Shown here piece after piece: positions 51,700-61,388 of a stretch of DNA of 64,000 nt. A model generated the notes under the pieces. It was not told the origin of the DNA. It made no database searches and saw only the letters and a list, made by a program, of their open reading frames with translations. The DNA lies in contig CM082588.2 of NCBI GenBank assembly GCA_040954595.2, positions 4,838,156 through 4,902,155 on the forward strand. The letters run 5' to 3'. The translations under genes and the position numbers were made by a program. This DNA is from Balanoglossus misakiensis. Its lineage: Eukaryota; Animalia; Hemichordata. Numbering within the stretch: the first letter of the stretch is position 1; each line of letters begins with the position of its first letter.

Positions 51700-53454
51700 A
51701 TGAATACCTTGGTCTTCGTAGCAGTTTCTGTCATGTTGCTGGTCATCTTAGCGTTGGCTAGCGAACTCCTCTCGTGTTCTGTGCGAGCGACCTCGCTGGT
51801 GGTCACGCCTGTGGACCAGATCGCCTTCGCCGGCGACTGTGTCCAGTTGAACTGCAGCGTTGAGGGGAAACAACCCGGGCAGATTCTCCGCTGGATCAGG
51901 GGGATTGTCGCGATTTCAGGGGACTACGCCGTGTACAATGTTCCCGGGTTTTCAGACGGTGAACGAGCGTCAGTCATTGGCGAGACCAGCCGTAATGTTA
52001 CCGCTTACAACCTGAGGATTACCGAAGTTTCTTCGGTGGACGCGGCGTCCTACCAATGCGGACTAAACCTGGGAACGTCGTACGCATTCCTGTCGGCGGC
52101 CGCGCAGTTGACCGTGATCGAGGGTCCCGAATGTCTGTCGGAAGGAAGCAGTCTTACTGAAGGACAATTGAGCGTTACTGAGGGACAAATGACCAATTTA
52201 ACTTGCCAGGCAACGATAAGCGACCCACCCGTGTCAGTGTCATGGGGAACTTCAACTATGGGACAAAGCGAATCACAAGTTTGGAGCGACCGCGACAAGT
52301 TGTACAGTCGACTTTATTGGACACCCAGCAGAAACGATAGGGACGCTATGTTTACGTGCGTCATGTCACATCCCAGTGAACACAGGCAGAAAGCGTGTTC
52401 TCTGGGACCGATAGACATCCAGTATGGTCCCGTCGTCGACGTAACACCATTCACACATACAGTCGTGTCACCTGGAGAAACAATCATATTCTTTTGTAGT
52501 GTTGAAAGTAATCCGGCTGTTAATACTTTCACTTGGAGTATCAATGGTGTTGTTGTACAGACCATTCCGAATGGCGTGTCTGTACAAAATGGAGGCCAAA
52601 GTTTACAAATTGTGATCGCTAACGGCGAATATAACGGCGCCATGGTGGCATGTACTGCATATAACGTAGTTGGTAGCGGAAGCGACGAAAGTCGTGTTTT
52701 TGTTGATCTAGTGGACAGTACGACGGGTTATGACAGCGGAGCGGCGGCAGCTGCCGGTGGTGGTGGGAGCGATTCCGCTTCAAACCTGAGTCGGTTGAAC
52801 ATTTCTATCGTAGCTGGCGTTGCATCGGCTCTGGTTATCCTGGCAATAGCGGGGTCGATTTTAATCGCATACTTTGTGAAAATGCACCAGAGGGCCACAA
52901 GAGCCAGGAAGAGGCGTTACGGCGACGGATTCGACCTCGGTAACCGCACGGTGGTGAACCCCATCGCTGGGGATGATGACGGGACAGAAATCGATTTCTA
53001 TCCCATCGAATCGTCGAATATAAACATTCCCAGTGCAAGTAATGATGCAAATTCACAAGAATGCGCTTCTGTGCAACTTGCAGTGTCGGCAAGTTCCGCA
53101 AAGGTGTCCGATAACACAGCGGCCGCTTCGTCGGGTGCTAATACCCTACACTATGCCGTACCCAGGAAGTTACCCGTCCCGTCTCATTACGCTATTCCGA
53201 GAAAGTCTTCCTCTGCCGTCGAGGGTGCGACCTCAAAGGGAGAAGTTGCCGGTTGCAATCAGTACGAAACACTTGCGAATGCTTGTTCCGGCAACATTAA
53301 CAATCAGCAGGAAGAACCGCGGAAGAAGAAGAACGTTGAAGGACTTGTCTATGCCGACCTTGACCTGGCAAAACCAACTGAAAGTGGCCAACACTCAAAA
53401 GTGGTTCCAAAATCCGCGAACACCGTTTACGCCCAGATACAAATTAAACACTGA
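51700..53454 (+). CDS. IgSF receptor 5: signal peptide, 3 Ig domains, TM, tail with YxxP and ITIM/ITSM-like motifs; single-exon CDS, 584 aa
   Basis: LNCSV..LRW..YNLRI..DAASYQC, LTCQA..VSW..FTCVMSHP and FFCSVESNP..TW..VACTAYN. TM ISIVAGVASALVILAIAGSILIAYFV. Tail has HYAVP, HYAIP, QYETL, LVYADL and TVYAQI. Confidence 0.93.
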   Translation: MNTLVFVAVSVMLLVILALASELLSCSVRATSLVVTPVDQIAFAGDCVQLNCSVEGKQPGQILRWIRGIVAISGDYAVYNVPGFSDGERASVIGETSRNVTAYNLRITEVSSVDAASYQCGLNLGTSYAFLSAAAQLTVIEGPECLSEGSSLTEGQLSVTEGQMTNLTCQATISDPPVSVSWGTSTMGQSESQVWSDRDKLYSRLYWTPSRNDRDAMFTCVMSHPSEHRQKACSLGPIDIQYGPVVDVTPFTHTVVSPGETIIFFCSVESNPAVNTFTWSINGVVVQTIPNGVSVQNGGQSLQIVIANGEYNGAMVACTAYNVVGSGSDESRVFVDLVDSTTGYDSGAAAAAGGGGSDSASNLSRLNISIVAGVASALVILAIAGSILIAYFVKMHQRATRARKRRYGDGFDLGNRTVVNPIAGDDDGTEIDFYPIESSNINIPSASNDANSQECASVQLAVSASSAKVSDNTAAASSGANTLHYAVPRKLPVPSHYAIPRKSSSAVEGATSKGEVAGCNQYETLANACSGNINNQQEEPRKKKNVEGLVYADLDLAKPTESGQHSKVVPKSANTVYAQIQIKH

Positions 53455-53963
53455 TACTCGCTTCTCCGTGCAATTTTCAAAATACAATGTGTAATATGAT
53501 TTTATCATATTGGTATTAAAATTGTGTTTATACAGATTTAGTTGGCGGATTATTAAACTATTCTTTGCCTGGATCACAAAATATGTGGCACATACTTGCC
53601 TGACAGAGAAAAATGACATGACAGGAATGTTTTTTTTTCTATTCATTTTAATAAGTATTAAGCACAGGCCACAGAAAGATAGATACATTCAATTTTAATT
53701 TCTTTACAATATTTCAAATGCGTTCAGGGCAAAAAATGATATGAGATTAAACATGCTGGGTGATTTCAGAAGTACACCAATTGTACCACTAAAATAAAAC
53801 CTGTCTAAGCAGAACACCAAAGGGACTGAAAAAATGTTCGGTTTGCATAGATGTACGGTTTACAGAGGTTCCTTTGGTGTTGCAGTGTTGTATATGCCCA
53901 TTATGTCAATTGTGATTCTCTGCTTTGTCTGATTGGGTTATGTCGATTGTTCTCAATTACTGC

Positions 53964-56018
53964 TTAAGAAGTCCATGTCAGCGGGCTAAAGTCATTCAGA
54001 TTTGTTGTGCTGTCTTCCGTGTGATCCCACCAGTTAAGGGAATCATTATTGGCATTCATTTCTCCCTGGAAAGGTAGGTTCTGGTACAAAGGTACTGTTT
54101 CATTAGTGTATGGGTTTTGCCTGTCTTCGGTTTCTTGGCTTGCAGGTGTCGCCCAAAGAGTTGCCTCGAGTGGTTGGTCAGTCGCCGTACGGCCAAACAA
54201 AGCACCAACGGCCCACTCGTCACACGCCGGGTCAGGTTCACCGGCCAGCGAAGTCGGGGACAAACTGTTCGCTGTCCTTATGGCGATTCTGTCCTGGACC
54301 ACAAGTTCGCCGTCAGGGTGACCCATGGCGGTCACACTGCTTGTACTTCCAAGGTCATGGTGACTGACGTAGTTGTTCTCTACAGTGGTTCTGTCAATGC
54401 TCACCAGTCGCCGCATTTGTTGATCGTTTGCTGTATTTTCCGTGCGCGAGGGACGTTTTCGTTTCTTGTAAAAGACAAAGACGGCGAGAAACAACAAGAT
54501 AAAGACAGCGACGAAGACGATAATTAGTGTCAGCGCGATAGAAAGGTGTGGAGTGGTAAATTTCTTACGATTGGCAGCAGAGCCTTTCTTGGCAGGAACA
54601 ACAGGTGTGAAGTTTGGAAGCGAGAACTGGGGATGTCTGTCGTAAACGGCGCCAGTTATGGTATCATCATCGGAGGAGACGGTCTGTACCTGATCGGTGT
54701 CTGGTTGTTTCGCTGTGAAAACAATTACGGCGTTGTCGCTGTTGGATTGTCGTAAGTTTCCCGCCTTGCATACAACACTCACGTCTTCGTACATTTCGAC
54801 TGTATCCATGAGCTTCAGTGAAGTGCCATAACTGGCCGGGGTAATTTCAAAACGTCTGTCGCCTCTCAAGATAACTTCATCGTTCACAAGCCACGTGTAT
54901 TCTGTTACGCTCGGATTTGCTCGGGCAGAACACTTTATTGTCGTGGATTTACCGCGCTCTACCTTGGCAAACTTTGGTGATATCGAGACGAGTGGTTGGT
55001 AGTGAACGTTTAACGGTCCTACGGTGCAATTCCGATTTGTCAAAATGGCGTCACCTTCCAAGACGCAAGATATTATCGCGCCGTTATCACCCGCGGACAG
55101 CGTCCATGTCTGTCGAGTAAACATGTAACGGTCCCTGCGTTTGTATTTTTCGCCGGTGGTTGTATCATTCCACCGCTCGCCGTATTTTGACCACCAGAGC
55201 GCAACGGGTGCGTTTCCCCCTCGGGTGGCACACTCGGTTACAATGCTATCTCTCTCCTCGTAGAATGTCTTCGGGTCCGGCACTGCACACCACGGGTACT
55301 GTGCGCTTGGCGGGTAAAGGACTGTAAGCCTTGCCGTCTTCGAGTACAGAATGTACCGGTCGCCGTCCAGCCTCACTCGGCACTGATACGGCCCGGAGTC
55401 ATAACGTATGACATCCTTAATCTTCAAACTGTACTGTCCGCTTGTATCGTCCACAAGAATCGAATAGCGAGAGTTGTCTTCTGGCCACAAGTCTGTGTTT
55501 GGTGTGATAGTCTTCGCGATGACTGTGTTGTCCTTCATCCAGTGAATCTCCATGTATCTTCCATCAAAATCGTTCAATCGACAATTGAGTATTGCATCCT
55601 CAGTTTCGACTGGTCCGACATTCCCAGGTTGCTCGACGAACGAAGGCGCTGGTATCTCTAAAACTCGCAGGAAGCCAGGTTCCGACATCCGACCGCTAAC
55701 GGAGCACGCGTAACTGCCTTCGTCTGTTTTGTCGGTATTGACAATGGTCAAGGCGCGAACGCCGTTGCTTCCTTGTGTCATCTGGTATTTGTCGGGACTG
55801 GCGCCGATGTAGGAGTTATTTAGGTACCAGTAAAGCTGGTGTCTGCTCTGCCACCAGTGAGCCGTCTTGCAGCGCAGAGTTACGGCCGTCCCGGCAATCG
55901 CCGATGTATCACGCGGCCCGTAGCTGTAAAAGTAGTCCGCCTGCACAGGTCCTGTGTCGTAAATGATAGTCAAAGAGATGATGACGGTTAGATACACGTA
56001 GTTCATCCAAGCCGCCAT
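53964..56018 (-). CDS. IgSF receptor 6: signal peptide, 4 Ig domains, TM, tail without the ITIM module; single-exon CDS, about 684 aa
   Basis: LRCK..YW..DEGSYAC, LNCRL..HW..DSGPYQC, TECAT.GGNAP..WW..ISCV and IKCSARANP..TW..VVCKAGN. TM LSIALTLIIVFVAVFILLFLAVFVFY followed by KKRKR. Tail tyrosines NNYV, NPYTN and PLYQNL. Confidence 0.92.
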   Translation of the reverse strand: MAAWMNYVYLTVIISLTIIYDTGPVQADYFYSYGPRDTSAIAGTAVTLRCKTAHWWQSRHQLYWYLNNSYIGASPDKYQMTQGSNGVRALTIVNTDKTDEGSYACSVSGRMSEPGFLRVLEIPAPSFVEQPGNVGPVETEDAILNCRLNDFDGRYMEIHWMKDNTVIAKTITPNTDLWPEDNSRYSILVDDTSGQYSLKIKDVIRYDSGPYQCRVRLDGDRYILYSKTARLTVLYPPSAQYPWCAVPDPKTFYEERDSIVTECATRGGNAPVALWWSKYGERWNDTTTGEKYKRRDRYMFTRQTWTLSAGDNGAIISCVLEGDAILTNRNCTVGPLNVHYQPLVSISPKFAKVERGKSTTIKCSARANPSVTEYTWLVNDEVILRGDRRFEITPASYGTSLKLMDTVEMYEDVSVVCKAGNLRQSNSDNAVIVFTAKQPDTDQVQTVSSDDDTITGAVYDRHPQFSLPNFTPVVPAKKGSAANRKKFTTPHLSIALTLIIVFVAVFILLFLAVFVFYKKRKRPSRTENTANDQQMRRLVSIDRTTVENNYVSHHDLGSTSSVTAMGHPDGELVVQDRIAIRTANSLSPTSLAGEPDPACDEWAVGALFGRTATDQPLEATLWATPASQETEDRQNPYTNETVPLYQNLPFQGEMNANNDSLNWWDHTEDSTTNLNDFSPLTWTS

Positions 56019-56520
56019 TGCAAACAAGGCATATAAAATGATATTGTGGCCAATTGGCTTGGCTCACAAGGGTGGCGAGACTTGTGAAAATCCAGTCACC
56101 CTGTGAGATAGATGGAACGTTCTCTGTCGTCAGATGAAGAACATAAATTAAATCATGGCCATTCGGTCAAGCAGCTGAGTTACCCATTGTATGCAATGTG
56201 AAATGTAACCGAGGATGTCGATGATCTCAACTGAGACGTGTGCTATCTTGGGCAAAGGTCAAAGAAAAGAATAATTCGCGGAAATATAAACACTTCTCGG
56301 AGGAAGTAAGATAAGGCCTCGTTTTCTTTGTTTCTTGCTCACTCAGAGAAAGCCTTGGCATCCGTATGTCGGATGATGTTTTAAAAATGAGCATCGATAT
56401 GATATTGTTTGGACAATCGTTGTTCAGAACTGCCGAGAGCAACACCTAGGCTAGCCATGAGATACAAGTGCGAGAGTGCAAAATGTCATACCACTGACAC
56501 TATAGTACATCCAGGGCTCA

Positions 56521-56585
56521 CTTCATTCATTCATTCATTCAGTCAGTCAGTCAGTCAGTCAGTCAGTCAGTCAGTCAGTCAGTCA

Positions 56586-56621
<36 letters not shown>
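56521..56621. repeat. Compound tetranucleotide microsatellite (TTCA)n(GTCA)n(GTCT)n
   Basis: Read directly from the sequence, between receptors 6 and 7. Confidence 0.97.
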
Positions 56622-56928
56622 GCATGCTTTGAAAACAAACAACAAGAAATACAATTTGCCGGCGAAGTATTTTATTTCAGGTTCTACATAGAGAAATACT
56701 TGTAAATAATTCAAGTTCAAAACTCCATAATACGTTATTTACATTTGCATGACGCGTCGTTTTGGTAAACAGACTAAATACGACTGTTGAATACGCTATA
56801 CAATAAAATCATTCTAAAATGTTGATTATGTGATGAATCTTATTCGGGAGAACATTTCATATTTAAAAGAAGCTAACGTATAGTTTTTAAAAGGACAATT
56901 GAACGTTGTTTTTGTCGTTTTTGTGGCC

Positions 56929-58983
56929 CTAGTCTATCACGTGGTCGTTTAGAGTGTCCGCTGTCGGTGAATCTACATACTTTGCAGAACACAATTCATC
57001 GACATCAGCATGATCAGCGTTTATTATTTCAGTCATTCCAATGTCACCCATCAAGTCTATTTTATCAACCGCGTCAGTTTCACCAACCGCGTCTATTCCA
57101 TCCGCCACGTCTACGTCACCTTCTGCGTCTATTTTATCAGCGATTTCTGTTCCATCAGCCATGTCTATCTTGTGCGCCACATCTATTTTAGAATCAGCCT
57201 CAAGTGCTTCCTCGGCCACACCTGCACTTTCAATCACGTCTATTTTATCAAATACTTCTACTACGTGTCCGTCGCCCATCTTATCAGCCGCATTCGAGAC
57301 GCCAGAAGTGTCTATTTTGTCAGACCTACCAACTCCATCACCCACACTCAGGCTTGCTAAGTAAATATTTTCAGTGGCGTTCTTCTCTTGACAGTCATTC
57401 AGGGAAGGGCCCTGTGTTACTTCTTCTGATTCATTTCTTCGCTTGTGTTTCTGCCTTCTCTTACAGCAGACGACACACACGACAGAAACCACCAGGACGA
57501 AGACACCTACACCTATAAGAATGGCGACATACCACAAATTGAAGACGTCTGACTCACCAGATTTGCTGTCAGTAAGCTGATTCGAACTCGCCGTTGCAAG
57601 TTGCGTGCTAGAGATGTATGATGTCATTTCGGAGGTAAGGTCTAAGGCTTCATTTTTGAGAATGGTTATTCTTGAGTGTGTCTGGCCTGTTCCTTCGGTA
57701 TTTCTTCCCTTACATCTTATGACCACAGACGTTCTATTGGCATTTGTATCGAGGGTAGTGTTGAAAATCAACAAACTTTCTCCACTGCGATTGTGGACCA
57801 CATAGCGACTGTCCTCCTTTGAAATCACGTCACCGTTGACAAACCATGTGTACTCCGTCACCTCGGGGTTCGCGCGCGCAGAACACGCGATCCGCTCTGG
57901 TTGGCAGCAGGGAACCCTTTTGACCCGAGGATGGATTGACATGATTGGCTTAAAGTGAACATTGAGCGGACCAATCGTGCAGTTCCTGGCGTCCAAGATG
58001 GCGGGACCACTCAAAATGCAGGTGATAACTTCTCCATTGTCGTCTGCTGACAACTTCCAAGTGTCGTCTATGACGTCTGACGTAGGAATTTCTTTGATGA
58101 GTGCAACTGTGCCATTTCTTAGTTTATTGTCCTTCAACCACGATAACCTTACCGGCGCTGAGCCCCCGTCGCTCATACAGCCGGTCCGCACCTTGTCGCC
58201 TTCTCTGTAAACCTTCTGACCATCTGGAGTACACAAGGGATACAGTTTTCTTGGCGGGTAAATGAGAGACAGGCTGGCCTTCTGTGAGAATAGGACATAG
58301 TCGCTGCCCCTCAGGTAAACAGCACACTGGAAATGAACACCGTCAGAAAACGTTAACTCGGTGATCTTCAAGTCGAAATCGCCGCGTTCCTTTGCAAGCA
58401 GAGAATAACGCGAGCGCTCCTCCTTGGATAAGTTGATTTTGGAGGTCTTGTAGTTCCTCGAGATAACGCTGCCTCCTTTCAACCAGTGAACTTTCAGCAT
58501 CTCGCCTGTGAGGTTTCGCACGTGGCATCTGAGGATCGCGGTCCCGCCGTTCGGAGCTGTCGTGTTGGCCGGCTGTTCGGTGAACCGGGGCATCGGTATG
58601 CGAAGGACTTTGAGGGCGGCTGGCTTGGATGATACTCCGTTGACGAGACACCTGTAGTCGCCCGCGTCGTCGGGAGAGACGCTGTTGATGTTCAGAATGT
58701 GCAAGCCGTTGAGATCGAGCAAGTGGTATTTGCCCTGATTGCCGGTGGCGTCCACTTGCGTGCCGTTCAGCTGCCATTCCGCCACGGTACCGGGCTCACC
58801 GCTCCCGTACTTCGGGCGGAGTTTGCACTGCATCTCGGTCGTGGCTCCGGCGATCGTGGCGCTGTCCTGGGGCTCGACGCTAAACGGCGACTGGGCACGA
58901 CAAGCAATCATCACGTCGCCCGCGATGGCTGCAACACCAATAATAACCGACAAGTTACAGGCGAGGGATCTGAACAAATCCAT
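56929..58983 (-). CDS. IgSF receptor 7: signal peptide, 4 Ig domains, TM, acidic tail with 12-aa repeats; single-exon CDS, 684 aa
   Basis: MQCKL..EW..DAGDYRC, LRCHV..HW..DGVHFQC, TGCMSDGGSAP..SW..ITC and IACSARANP..TW..IRCKGRN. TM LWYVAILIGVGVFVLVVSVVCVVCC; tail xDKID repeats. Confidence 0.92.
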   Translation of the reverse strand: MDLFRSLACNLSVIIGVAAIAGDVMIACRAQSPFSVEPQDSATIAGATTEMQCKLRPKYGSGEPGTVAEWQLNGTQVDATGNQGKYHLLDLNGLHILNINSVSPDDAGDYRCLVNGVSSKPAALKVLRIPMPRFTEQPANTTAPNGGTAILRCHVRNLTGEMLKVHWLKGGSVISRNYKTSKINLSKEERSRYSLLAKERGDFDLKITELTFSDGVHFQCAVYLRGSDYVLFSQKASLSLIYPPRKLYPLCTPDGQKVYREGDKVRTGCMSDGGSAPVRLSWLKDNKLRNGTVALIKEIPTSDVIDDTWKLSADDNGEVITCILSGPAILDARNCTIGPLNVHFKPIMSIHPRVKRVPCCQPERIACSARANPEVTEYTWFVNGDVISKEDSRYVVHNRSGESLLIFNTTLDTNANRTSVVIRCKGRNTEGTGQTHSRITILKNEALDLTSEMTSYISSTQLATASSNQLTDSKSGESDVFNLWYVAILIGVGVFVLVVSVVCVVCCKRRQKHKRRNESEEVTQGPSLNDCQEKNATENIYLASLSVGDGVGRSDKIDTSGVSNAADKMGDGHVVEVFDKIDVIESAGVAEEALEADSKIDVAHKIDMADGTEIADKIDAEGDVDVADGIDAVGETDAVDKIDLMGDIGMTEIINADHADVDELCSAKYVDSPTADTLNDHVID

Positions 58984-59474
58984 CGCTCGGCCGACACACG
59001 TTCTGTCTGTCAGCGGTCAACTGAAGCATGGACGTAAAAAGAGAAGGACTTCGGACTGTCCTTTGAGCTATTGTTCAGGTGATGGTTGCCGCCGCTCCGT
59101 TATCTCCTAATACTCTGTAATACTTTAAGCGGATTACTTCCGTAATTTATTCAAGAGTGGGTTCGGGTACTATATTCGGTACTGTTCGGGTGTTTCCGTT
59201 GGAGTCAAGTGATCATATAAACATCAGGCTGCATGGAACGCGCATGTGCGTGACCTTTGACTTTGAACCATCGAGGAGATTTGGCCCGTATGCACCAAAT
59301 CTACGCTGAAAAAAACATGAATTGCGTCTTTGGCCAAGCTGGTAGCTCTTGTCATGTAGTCCACAAATTACAACATACATTAAAGGTTTTATGCCGATCG
59401 AACAGATATTGTAGGCACCGTTTGGTTTACCGGCAATTCCACTCGAAGTCGACGATTGTGGACGCGATCATTTA

Positions 59475-59914
59475 ACGTGTAATCCTATGGCGATAAAGTA
59501 ACCGCACATCGCGAAAATTGGCAAAATCCGAACGTGGATAGCGAAAATGGCCATGTGCTTCTGCCTATAAGACGCACATTTTCTGAAAGTTTATTGCTTC
59601 GTCTCCACTTTACTGCAAAAATTAGACGTAGGACCCGTGTACTTTTAACGTGAGAGTGATTTTAAAATGTCTTGTTTTTGAAAATGCTTTGATGGTTTAC
59701 GTGTAATCCTATGGCGATAGAGTAACCGCACTTCGCGAAAATTGGCAAAATCCGAACGTGGATAGCGAAAATGGCCATGTGCTCCTGCATATAAGACGCA
59801 CATTTTCTGAAAGTTTATTGCTTCGTCTCCTCTTAAATGCAAAAATTAGACGTAGGACCCTTGAACTTTTAAAGTGAGAGTGATTTTAAAATGTCTTGTT
59901 TTTTTAGCATGCTT
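59475..59914. repeat. Two-copy tandem repeat, period 224 bp
   Basis: acgtgtaatcctatggcgat...gtgagagtgattttaaaatgtcttgttttt starts at both 59475 and 59699, with few substitutions. Confidence 0.93.
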
Positions 59915-61164
59915 ACAAAGATCGGTTCGCCATTTGGTCAAATATGCGTCGATTTTTTCTGTTTTCACTTCTTTATGTCCGTTACATCGAGACAAAAAAA
60001 TGGTGATAATTTTACAGTAATTTACCACTTCTGTGTGACTTAAACAGCAAGTTTTCGTGAGTACTGCTGAGAGCACCCGAGGGGGTGTGTCACTGCGTAC
60101 GTTGACACCGGCAACGGTCACCCAACGTCAAAGGACAGCGTAGACAAAGCGAATACAATAGGTGTGAATGGGCTTAAGCGGCAGTCCTAAGTCCTTCTCT
60201 TTTTACGTCCATGACTGAAGCTAGTTCATTAAAGCATTTCAAGAGATCACTGCAAGGCCAGAATCTAAAGTGACGGTGTTCGAAATGAAACACCTCGCTT
60301 TTTCACATTTTAGTACGGCTATCTCTGAAATTTTAACTTCCTAAATCGATTATCAAAAAGTTGACATCTGCGCCAGTGACAATGCCTCGGGGCTTCCTTT
60401 GTTTATTCTATCTCGATGATAGATGTGTCTGGTCTGCTTCGGATGTTTCATAATGTATTTATTTATGGGCGAACAGAACCTTCAATCGCGGTGAAATGCC
60501 AAGTAGGATTATTGCGGGTATACATATATTGCTCCATTCTCAGTACTCAGGCGCAGTGTTCATACAAGTAACACGCTTCATCACAAGTCCATGTTTAATT
60601 TAGTTTATTCACTAGAGAAACATCGGGTGCAGAAAAACAAGAAAATGAGAGAGAGAAATAAAACAACTGCTATGGAGTTTTAATTATGCAATTGGTGGAA
60701 ATATTTCATTTGTTGTCAGGAAATATGTCCCCGCGTGTATTTTCCCTGTCTTTAAATACATCAAATGTCGATCAAAGAGGGAGGTTTGTCATTGATGATT
60801 TTCGTTCGAAATTTGTGGCGAAACGCTGATAAGTCTCCCACCCAGAGAAGGAAAAAGTATATTTATCAGGAGCATGCCAGCCTGTGTTTTACTAGTATTT
60901 ACATTTTCTATAGTATCAAATCGCAGTCTGTCGCTGCCAACGAGGAAACGAAAAAAATGATCCCTGCATGTGGCTATTATGATAAGGAAGCTTCCTGGCA
61001 TTTGATACAACGTAGCTCTTTTTAGAATCAGAAATAGATAACGTATAAGTGGTCCAGTTTAATATGATCAAATGTGTTATTTTTGGTCCAGGGACAATTA
61101 TAATACAGAGTAGTAGGTATAGGGAAGTATTCTTGCCATGATTCAAACTTTGGTGCAGTAAGCG

Positions 61165-61303
61165 TATTGGCCCGCCAACTTCACAGTAGGCATATTGGCC
61201 TGGCAACTTCACAATGAGCATATTGGCCTGGCAACTTTACACTGCATGCATTGGTCTGGTAACTTTTTTACAGTACGCTTATTGGCCCGGCAACTTTACA
61301 GTA
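61165..61303. repeat. Minisatellite, about 28-bp unit x5 (tattggcctggcaacttcacaatgagca)
   Basis: Five consecutive attggYcYggYaactt-like units just downstream of the receptor 8 stop codon. Confidence 0.88.
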
Positions 61304-61388
61304 CACATAACACCTTCCTATATATTGATTTATTTATTTATTTATTTATTTAGTGTATGTATATGGACATGCTTTTTTACTTTATCTA

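Noticed and set aside
61165-61303. CRISPR-like appearance of the 28-bp repeats
   Set aside because: Head-to-tail units without unique spacers, eukaryotic context and no cas genes.
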